A stretch of DNA of 25,517 nucleotides, taken from positions 1 through 25,517 of the forward strand of contig NZ_CALXEE010000026.1 in assembly GCF_944387245.1 (NCBI RefSeq), read 5' to 3'. The stretch comes from an uncultured Intestinimonas sp. (GTDB lineage: Bacteria > Bacillota > Clostridia > Oscillospirales > Oscillospiraceae). The notes under the pieces are model-generated. The model saw nothing but the letters and a program-made list of their open reading frames with translations. It had not been told where the DNA came from and did not search any database. The position numbers were made by a program, and so were the translations under genes. Numbering within the stretch: position 1 is the stretch's first letter; every line of letters begins with the position of its first letter. Positions 8,092 to 18,482 of this stretch are shown here, piece after piece.

Positions 8092-9033
8092 ATGGACAAT
8101 CTTATCTTCTGTCTCAACGCCACGGTACCCGTTTTTCTCATGATGCTGCTGGGCTTTGTGTTCCGGCGGGTGGGCTTTGTGGACAAGGCCTTCGCCGATA
8201 AGATCAACGGCTTTGTCTTTAAGGCCGCCCTGCCCGTGCTCCTCTTCCAGGACATGTCGGGCGCCGACTTCTTCGCCCAATGGGACGGCCCCTTCGTGGG
8301 ACTGTGCTTCGGCATGACAGCGGTGAGTATCCTGGCCATGGTTCTCCTCTCCCACGTGCTCAGCCGGGAGCTCCGGGGCGAATTCGTCCAGGCCTCCTAC
8401 CGCAGCAGCGTGGCGCTGCTGGGGGTGGCCTTCATCCAGAATATCTACGGCACCGCCGGCGCCGCCCCCCTCATGATTATCGGCGCCGTGCCCCTCTACA
8501 ACATCGCCGCCGTCCTCATCCTGGCCCTCATGCATCCCGACCAGGGGGGCCTGAACCGGGACCGGCTCCTGCGCACCCTCAAGAAGGTGGTCACCAACCC
8601 CATCCTCATCGGCATCGGCATCGGCATGCTCTGGTCCCTGCTGCGGATACCACAACCCGTTATCCTCCAGAAGTCGGTGGCCAGCTTCGCCGGGGTGGCC
8701 ACCCCCATGGGCCTCATCGGCCTGGGGGCCTCCGTGGACCCGGAGCAGGCACTGGCCAAACTCAAGCCCTCCCTCCTGGCCGTCTTCTGCAAGCTCTTTC
8801 TCTTTGCCGCCGTATTCCTGCCCCTGGCGGTATGGCTGGGCTACCGCACCGACAAGCTGGTCACCATCCTCATCATGCTGGCCTCCTCCACCACCTCCAG
8901 TTCCTACGTTATGGCCAGAGGCCAGGGCTACGACGGCGCCCTCACCGCCAACACCATCCTGCTCACCACCTTCTTGAGCGCCTTTACCCTTACCGGATGG
9001 CTCTACGTCCTCCGGTCCATGGGACTTATTTAA
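8092..9033 (+). CDS. AEC (auxin efflux carrier) family transporter
   Basis: The ORF track starts at 7864. The real start is ATG 8092 (MDNLIFCLNATVPVFLMMLLGF..) 7 nt after GGAGG. The polytopic membrane protein shows the AEC-family pattern. Confidence 0.85.
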   Translation: MDNLIFCLNATVPVFLMMLLGFVFRRVGFVDKAFADKINGFVFKAALPVLLFQDMSGADFFAQWDGPFVGLCFGMTAVSILAMVLLSHVLSRELRGEFVQASYRSSVALLGVAFIQNIYGTAGAAPLMIIGAVPLYNIAAVLILALMHPDQGGLNRDRLLRTLKKVVTNPILIGIGIGMLWSLLRIPQPVILQKSVASFAGVATPMGLIGLGASVDPEQALAKLKPSLLAVFCKLFLFAAVFLPLAVWLGYRTDKLVTILIMLASSTTSSSYVMARGQGYDGALTANTILLTTFLSAFTLTGWLYVLRSMGLI

Positions 9034-9045
9034 GTACATACAAAA

Positions 9046-9089
9046 GGACCGCCGACGGGCTTTGATGCACCCGCCGGCGGTCCTTTTTT
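9046..9089 (+). terminator. Rho-independent terminator of the AEC transporter gene
   Basis: Stem ggaccgccg (9046-9054) / cggcggtcc (9075-9083) with an inner cggg/cccg pairing, then TTTTTT. Confidence 0.75.
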
Positions 9090-9120
9090 GTCGGATTTTA
9101 TGGACGATAGGGGGCAGCCT

Positions 9121-9152
9121 CGATTGTGGGGCGCGGCTTCCCAGATGCGCCA
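9121..9152 (+). repeat. Family-C hairpin
   Basis: cgattgtggggcgcggcttcccagatgcgcc. Confidence 0.7.
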
Positions 9153-9420
9153 AACCCCGCCCCGAACCATTACCATTCTGTTATGTGTAAGGACGGGGGA
9201 GACGGCTTAAAACCCGTTTTGCTTTCCTGCTGGAAAAAGAACGGTTTTTGGAATCCAAAGAAAAAGGGGCTCCCGTGCGGGTTAAGCGGCTCTAAATAGG
9301 AATCCGGCGGCCCGTCTTTACGCCCCCATAGAGCACCAGCCCCGTCTACGGTAGACTACCTGGGCGGAACAGAGACAAGTTGTGGTTCTATCCAACATTT
9401 TTTCGCCGCCTGCGTGGGTG
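9153..9420 (+). repeat. Family-B repeat, copy 1
   Basis: Aligns by eye (roughly 85-90%) with 13616-13853 and 20003-20272. Shared core: ggacggg.gagacgg..aaaacccgtttt gcttccctgctggaaaaagaacggttttt..atccaaagaaaaagggg..ccaaataggaatccg..tttacgccccc..ttttt.gccgcctgcgtgg. Confidence 0.85.
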
Positions 9421-9461
9421 AAAGTTGCGGCGTAAGTTAGCGGGTGGCCTGCAAAGACGGC

Positions 9462-9501
9462 GCAAAACGAGCGCAGGGGCGGATGGTATCCGCCCCTGCG
9501 C
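9462..9501 (-). terminator. rnhA terminator formed by a G-type hairpin
   Basis: Perfect 14-bp stem gcgcaggggcggat (9471-9484) / atccgcccctgcgc (9488-9501) with a 3-nt loop. On the minus strand it is followed by tcgttttg. It lies 27 nt downstream of the rnhA stop. Confidence 0.7.
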
Positions 9502-9527
9502 TTATCTCCCCACACAGGGAGGTTTTT

Positions 9528-9965
9528 TTACTTGAACTTCTTACTCTCCATCACCGCCAGCTCATCACAGCGGTTGTTGTAGGGATTCTCCGCATGCCCT
9601 TTGACCCAGTGGAGGTTGACGGTATGGTAGTCGCACAGATTCAGGAGCTTCTCCCAAAGGTCGGGGTTGAGGGCGGGCTTCTTGTCGCCCTTCACCCAGC
9701 CCCGGGCCTTCCAGCCCCGGGCCCAGCCCTTCTCCAGGGCATCAATGACGTACTTGGAGTCGGAATAGAGCTCCACGATACAGGGCTCCTTCAGCGCCTC
9801 CAGGGCGGTGATGACCCCGGTGAGCTCCATGCGGTTGTTGGTGGTGTGCCCCTCGCCGCCGGAGAGCTCCTTTTTGAATTTGCCGTACATCAGGATGGCA
9901 CCCCAGCCCCCGGGGCCCGGGTTCCCCGAACAGGCGCCGTCGGTATAGATGGTGACTGTTTTCAT
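9528..9965 (-). CDS. rnhA: Ribonuclease HI
   Basis: 145 aa from ATG 9965: [22 protein letters not shown]...NNRMEL...YSDSKYV...[18 protein letters not shown], the classic RNase HI motifs. GGAAGGAGG lies immediately upstream. In the ORF track it is the C-terminal half of the 9528-10406 ORF. Confidence 0.9.
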   Translation of the reverse strand: MKTVTIYTDGACSGNPGPGGWGAILMYGKFKKELSGGEGHTTNNRMELTGVITALEALKEPCIVELYSDSKYVIDALEKGWARGWKARGWVKGDKKPALNPDLWEKLLNLCDYHTVNLHWVKGHAENPYNNRCDELAVMESKKFK

Positions 9966-10373
9966 AGGCCTCCTTCCATACCTTCCCCCCTCAGGGGGGA
10001 AGGTGTCCCCGCAGGGGACGAATGAGGGGGCGCTGCGCTCTGTCTCCTGTCGGATCACAGCGCACACTCCCTCAAATCGTTGTGCGATGTCCAAATTACT
10101 GAACCGGAGCAGCCGTAGATGATGGACCTGCTCCAAATACAGGTCCCGCCGTCGGTCCGCGGCCTGCCCCTGGTCCTCATAGTGCTGAGAGCCGTCCAGC
10201 TCAATGGCCAGTCTGGGCGAATGACAGTAAAAATCCACAATATAGGGTCCGAATACCACTTGACGGCGGAAGGGGAGAGGAAAGGTACGAAGAAACTGAT
10301 ACCACAGCTTTTGCTCCTCTTTTGTGGGGTTTTTTCGGAGCTTCCGGGCATTCTCCCGCATCCATGGGAGCAT
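9528..10373 (-). CDS. DUF559 (Vsr-like endonuclease domain) ORF with no stop of its own, reading in frame into rnhA
   Basis: From ATG 10373 ([65 protein letters not shown]) the DUF559 pattern is clear. No stop codon occurs before the rnhA ATG (linker ..[33 protein letters not shown]..). The GTG at 10406 is an alternative start. Confidence 0.7.
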   Translation of the reverse strand: MLPWMRENARKLRKNPTKEEQKLWYQFLRTFPLPFRRQVVFGPYIVDFYCHSPRLAIELDGSQHYEDQGQAADRRRDLYLEQVHHLRLLRFSNLDIAQRFEGVCAVIRQETERSAPSFVPCGDTFPPEGGRYGRRPMKTVTIYTDGACSGNPGPGGWGAILMYGKFKKELSGGEGHTTNNRMELTGVITALEALKEPCIVELYSDSKYVIDALEKGWARGWKARGWVKGDKKPALNPDLWEKLLNLCDYHTVNLHWVKGHAENPYNNRCDELAVMESKKFK

Positions 10374-10439
10374 ATCCACACCCCCCTCATCCGCCCCAGT
10401 GGGCACACTGGGGCACCTTCCCCCCTGTGGGGGGAAGGT
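9980..10439 (-). mobile_element. Candidate autonomous element: DUF559 gene bracketed by structured ~50-60-nt inverted ends
   Basis: Left end 9980-10030: ACCTTCCCCCC-tca-GGGGGGAAGGT, GTCCCC-gca-GGGGAC, GAATGAGGGGG. Right end 10381-10439: CCCCCCTCATCC, CCCCAGTG-ggca-CACTGGGG, ACCTTCCCCCC-tgtg-GGGGGGAAGGT. The two ends are inverted counterparts. Confidence 0.6.
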
Positions 10440-10463
10440 TTTTCTTTTCTCCTCCGCTGAACC

Positions 10464-10847
10464 TTACAGCTCCTCCAGGATCTCCTTGCGCTTCTGCTCG
10501 TACTCCTCCTGGGTGATGAGGCGCTGGTCGTAGAGGGTGCGCAGCTCTGTGAGGCGGGCCTGGGTATCGCCGGGGGCGGCGGCGTCATGAGCATGCTCAG
10601 CACCGCCCTCTTCCTCAATGTGAATTTCGGGGCCAATATAGCCCTTGCCAAAGGCCTGGTAGAAGTTGGTCCCGGCGATGACGCCGGCGATGATGGTCCA
10701 AAGGACGCCAAAGATGGCGCCGAAGCCGCCGGTCATGGAAAATGAGGGGATGACCACAAAGAGGCCGATGAGCACAAAGATGATGCCCACCACGCCCCCC
10801 ACGACGGATCCGCTTTTACTGGGGCGGTAAGTCACACGTTTTCTCAT
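10464..10847 (-). CDS. SHOCT-domain membrane protein
   Basis: 127 aa from ATG 10847, with a GGAAAGGAG RBS. The track's 10889 start would overlap the upstream gene. Two predicted TM helices are followed by the C-terminal motif LTELRTLYDQRLITQEEYEQKRKEILEEL, typical of SHOCT. Confidence 0.6.
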   Translation of the reverse strand: MRKRVTYRPSKSGSVVGGVVGIIFVLIGLFVVIPSFSMTGGFGAIFGVLWTIIAGVIAGTNFYQAFGKGYIGPEIHIEEEGGAEHAHDAAAPGDTQARLTELRTLYDQRLITQEEYEQKRKEILEEL

Positions 10848-10851
10848 TCTG

Positions 10852-11066
10852 TCACTGCTCCTTTCCGTCCTCGGCGATTCCCTTTTCACGCCGGGCCTTT
10901 AGGCCCCGCAGGACATAAAACAGGGAGAGCCCGGTGGCCAGTACGAACCACACTAGGGCAAAGGCGCCGGCCAGATCCCACCGGTCGGCCACCGCCAGCA
11001 CCACAAGGGCCACGCCAAATCCGTACATCAGAATACGAAGGGGGGAGATGCACTCCTTCCGGGTGC

Positions 11067-11070
<4 letters not shown>
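10852..11070 (-). CDS. Small two-TM membrane protein, translationally coupled to gyrA
   Basis: 72-aa ORF. Its GTG start overlaps the gyrA TGA (GTGA at 11067-11070). It has two hydrophobic helices, and its stop lies 4 nt before the next gene's ATG. No family was recognised. Confidence 0.4.
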
Positions 11071-13568
<2,498 letters not shown>

Positions 13569-13615
13569 CTATTGTTTCCTCCTTGGGTAGAGGTTCGGTT
13601 GATTTTTACGCTTGG

Positions 13616-13882
13616 GGACGGGAGAGACGCGTTCGAGCTTTCAAAAACCGTTTCGCTTCCCTGCTGGAAAAAGAACGGTTTTTGCAATCCAAAGAAAAAG
13701 GGGCTCCCGTGGGGGTTAGGTGGCTCCAAATAGGAATCCGCCGGCCCGTCTTTACGCCCCCATAGAGCACCGGCACCGTCCACAGGTGACTCCGCCGGTG
13801 GAACAGGGATACGCTGTGGTCCTATCCAACATTTTTTCGCCGCCTGCGTGGATGGGGGGCGGGACGTGGCGCCGCTGCCTGT
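13616..13882 (+). repeat. Family-B repeat, copy 2 (in the gyrB-gyrA spacer)
   Basis: Same core as 9189-9420 and 20041-20272, plus a ~28-nt extension shared with copy 3 (gacgtggcgccgctgcctg). Contains an 11-bp perfect stem caaaaaccgtt / aacggtttttg. Confidence 0.85.
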
Positions 13883-13892
13883 TTTTCCCTCC

Positions 13893-13924
13893 TATTGTGG
13901 GGTGCGGCTTCCCAGACGCACCCC
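13893..13924 (+). repeat. Family-C hairpin (stem variant with a compensated change)
   Basis: tattgtggggtgcggcttcccagacgcacccc. The stem is ggtgcg/cgcacc here and ggcgcg/cgcgcc elsewhere. The loop is identical. Confidence 0.7.
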
Positions 13925-13927
13925 TAA

Positions 13928-14126
13928 ACCTTCTCCCTCGCAGGGAGAAGGTGGCATTTGCGGAGCAAATGACGGATGAGGGTGGGTCGGTATATTTGTT
14001 CTATCCCACGCAACCCGTCCAGCATAGCTGGCCGGGCCTACGCTGAAAATGTGCTACCGCCACATTTTCTTCACGCTGCGGCCTCATCCGGCCCTGCGGG
14101 CCACCTTCCCCCCTCAGGGGGGAAGA
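13928..14126. mobile_element. D element copy 1: ORF-less MITE/REPIN-like element with the DUF559-element ends
   Basis: Left end: ACCTTCTCCC-tcgca-GGGAGAAGGT, gcatttgc-ggag-caaatg.c, GGATGAGGGTG (13974-13984). Right end: GCCTCATCCGG (14081-14091), ggccc-tgc-gggcc, ACCTTCCCCCC-tca-GGGGGGAAG. The interior has an A-run/stem/T-run hairpin aaaatgtg..cacatttt (14046-14068). Confidence 0.7.
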
Positions 14127-14139
14127 TCAAAAAGGTCCC

Positions 14140-16143
<2,004 letters not shown>

Positions 16144-16151
16144 TTACCGAA

Positions 16152-16175
16152 GTAGGGAGCGGATTTATCCGCTCC
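16152..16175 (+). repeat. G-type hairpin
   Basis: gtagggagcgga-ttt-atccgctcc. It has the same leader (GTAGGG) and architecture as the hairpins at 3591, 5831, 9474 and 19978. Confidence 0.5.
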
Positions 16176-16187
16176 GCCGGGTTCGTT

Positions 16188-16448
16188 CTATTCAAAAGTT
16201 CCGCTCTCCACCCGGCCACGGAGGGTGGCGGCGGAGAGCTGGGAGAGGTATGTGAGGGTGCCCAGCTCCGACCGGCAGAGCACCAGGGATTTGGGCAGGT
16301 CCATGGACACATCCACCAGCTCGCCCTCCCGCTCGGCCTTTTTTAAAAATTCCCGGGTGATGCGAGAGTCGGTGGTGGTGTCCAGGTCGAAAATGCCGAT
16401 GACGTCCCGAAAGGGGACCACCACCGACTGTCCCAGATGCAAATACAT
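16188..16448 (-). CDS. remB: DUF370 / RemB (YaaB) family protein
   Basis: 86 aa. It has the expected size and sits between recF and gyrB. The sequence MYLHLGQSVVVPFRDVIGIFDLD...SLVLC is typical of DUF370. Confidence 0.8.
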   Translation of the reverse strand: MYLHLGQSVVVPFRDVIGIFDLDTTTDSRITREFLKKAEREGELVDVSMDLPKSLVLCRSELGTLTYLSQLSAATLRGRVESGTFE

Positions 16449-16480
16449 GGCGGACCTCCTTTCGTTGGGGTGGGGGAGCT

Positions 16481-16573
16481 CTGTTGTGGGGCCGTTTCAT
16501 CTGTGGGGCGCGGCTTCCCAGACGCGCCCATGGCACCACTTGATTTTGTGGGGCGCGACGACCTCGGCACGCC
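16481..16573 (+). repeat. Three tandem family-C hairpin units
   Basis: ctgttgtggggccgtttcat (truncated unit), ctgtggggcgcggcttcccagacgcgccc (canonical unit), tttgtggggcgcgacgacctcggcacgcc (variant loop). Confidence 0.65.
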
Positions 16574-16580
16574 ATATAAA

Positions 16581-16719
16581 ACCTTCCCCCTTCCAGGGGG
16601 AAGGTGGCGGCGTGAGTCGCCGGATGAGGGTGGGCTGGTACGTTGAATTTGGCTTTTGTTCTATCCGGCTCCCCCTAATCCGGCCCTTCGGGCCACCTTC
16701 CCCCCTGTGGGGGGAAGGT
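16581..16719. mobile_element. D element copy 2 (short form, 139 bp)
   Basis: Left end: ACCTTCCCCC-ttcca-GGGGGAAGGT, ggcggc-gtga-gtcgcc, GGATGAGGGTG (16622-16632). Right end: CCCTAATCCGG, ggccc-ttc-gggcc, ACCTTCCCCCC-tgtg-GGGGGGAAGGT (16695-16719). The interior matches D1 and D3 up to ttctatcc, then lacks ~70-80 nt. The right end lies 2 nt from the recF stop. Confidence 0.7.
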
Positions 16720-16721
16720 TT

Positions 16722-17825
16722 TCAGACCAGCTCTCCGCCGTGGATATGGAATACGGCACCGTGGTCCAATCCCTCTAAACCGTCGTCCTCGCAGCAGGTG
16801 ATGAATACCTGGCCGCCGGTGATGCGGTGGAGGACGAACTCCTGCCGCCGCCGGTCCAGCTCGCTGAGCACGTCGTCCAGCAGCAGCACCGGCCACTCCC
16901 CGGTGTCGTGGTAGAAGATCTCCCGGCAGCCCAGCTTCAGGGAGAGGGCCGCCGTCCGGGTCTGCCCCTGGGAGGCGTAGGTCTTGGCCTCCAGGTCGTT
17001 AATCCGCACCACCATATCGTCCTTGTGGGGTCCGGTAAGACACTGCCGGGCTTCCAGCTCGGCCTGGCGGTGGGTGCGCTGGTGCTCAAGCACCGCCTCC
17101 AGGAGGTCCCGGGTGGGGACCAGGGGGTCGGCCACGGTGCTCACCGTAGCGTAGCCCAGGTCCAGCTGCTCCCGCCCACCGGAGAAGTCGGCATGGACGG
17201 CGGCCGCCGTCTCCCGGAGCCGCTTTAAGAAGTGGGCCCGGTAGTGGATGAGCACCGCCCCCGCCTGGGCCATCTGGTAACTGAAGTCGTCCAGGGTGTC
17301 CAGCAGGTCGGGCTTTTCCTCCCAGTCCCGGAGGATGCGGGTCTTGTGCTCATAGAGCCGCTTGTACTGGGACAGGGCGGCGGCGTACCGGGGCCGGAGC
17401 TGGCAGATGCACTCGTCCAGAAACCGCCGCCGCTCGGCGGCCCCCGCCCGGATGAGGGACAGGTCCTCGGGGCAGAAGAGGACGGTTTGCAGCACCCCGG
17501 AGAGCTCCCCGGCGGTCTTGAGGCGTACCCCGTTGGAGAAGAGCTGCCGCCGCTGGCCCCGGTGGAGCCGGGCCTCCAGCCGGAAGGTCCGCTGCCGGGC
17601 CTCCACCGTGGCCTTCACCACGGCGGAGGGCGCCTCCAGCCGGATGAGCTCCCGGTCGTACCGGGCCCGGTGGGAGGAGGCGGTGGAGAGATAGGCCACG
17701 GCCTCCAGCAGATTGGTCTTGCCCTGAGCATTCTCCCCGTAGATCACGTTGACCCCCGGGGAGAAAGCCGCCTCCAGCCGGCGGTAGTTGCGAAAGTCCT
17801 CCAGGGCCAGGGCGTCCACCCTCAT
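16722..17825 (-). CDS. recF: DNA replication/repair protein RecF
   Basis: 367 aa. It has the Walker A motif [13 protein letters not shown] and the signature SQGQ...[11 protein letters not shown]. Its ATG overlaps the yaaA stop (ATGA). Confidence 0.97.
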   Translation of the reverse strand: MRVDALALEDFRNYRRLEAAFSPGVNVIYGENAQGKTNLLEAVAYLSTASSHRARYDRELIRLEAPSAVVKATVEARQRTFRLEARLHRGQRRQLFSNGVRLKTAGELSGVLQTVLFCPEDLSLIRAGAAERRRFLDECICQLRPRYAAALSQYKRLYEHKTRILRDWEEKPDLLDTLDDFSYQMAQAGAVLIHYRAHFLKRLRETAAAVHADFSGGREQLDLGYATVSTVADPLVPTRDLLEAVLEHQRTHRQAELEARQCLTGPHKDDMVVRINDLEAKTYASQGQTRTAALSLKLGCREIFYHDTGEWPVLLLDDVLSELDRRRQEFVLHRITGGQVFITCCEDDGLEGLDHGAVFHIHGGELV

Positions 17826-18034
17826 TGGACGGTGAGCTCCACGCCCTCCAGCGCCACCACGTCACCGGGCCGCAGCTTCTTGCCCCGCATGGTGCACACC
17901 TCGCCGTTCACCTGCACCTCACCGGCCTGGATGGCCTCCTTGGCCTCGCCGCCGGTCTCGGTGACCCCGGCGAACTTCAAAAGGGCGTCCAGCTTAATAA
18001 ATTCCGTCTGGATCTTCACTGTCTGCTTCTGCAT
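17822..18034 (-). CDS. yaaA: S4-domain RNA-binding protein YaaA
   Basis: 70 aa, [25 protein letters not shown]....RGKKL..GD. It occupies the conserved position between dnaN and recF. Confidence 0.85.
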   Translation of the reverse strand: MQKQTVKIQTEFIKLDALLKFAGVTETGGEAKEAIQAGEVQVNGEVCTMRGKKLRPGDVVALEGVELTVQ

Positions 18035-18046
18035 GGCTGCCTCCCG

Positions 18047-18481
18047 TCACGACTCAGCGTGCTCCCGAAGGAGCCGCTCAAAAAGTTCATAGGCCTCCGG
18101 CAGCACCCGCTTCAGGGCCACCGGCTTGTTGTTCTTCCGGTCGTAGAAGAAGTGGCCGGAGGTACCCTCCGCCCGGAGGACCCCCGTCTCGGCGTCCACC
18201 ATGCGGTAGACCACCTTCATCTTGGCGGGGGAGAGTTTCGTTACAGTCATATGGATGGCCACCGTCTCCCCGAACCGGGTCATGGACCGGTATTTGCAGG
18301 AGATGTCGGTGAGGGCAAAGTCGATGCCCGCCGCCATGGCCCTTTCATAGCCCCAGCCGATCTGGTCCATGAAGTCGGTACGGGCCTCCTCCATCCAATG
18401 GATATAATTCCCATGATAGACCACGCCCATGCCGTCGGTCTCGTAAAACTGGGCCTTTCTCAGATAGGGACGCAGTTCCAT
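18047..18481 (-). CDS. Acyl-CoA thioesterase, hotdog fold (YbgC/4HBT family)
   Basis: 144 aa. The motif ETDGMGVVYHGNYIHWMEEAR is the typical 4HBT/YbgC active-site region. It starts 1 nt after the dnaN stop and ends 12 nt before the yaaA start. Confidence 0.85.
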   Translation of the reverse strand: MELRPYLRKAQFYETDGMGVVYHGNYIHWMEEARTDFMDQIGWGYERAMAAGIDFALTDISCKYRSMTRFGETVAIHMTVTKLSPAKMKVVYRMVDAETGVLRAEGTSGHFFYDRKNNKPVALKRVLPEAYELFERLLREHAES

Positions 18482-18482
18482 G

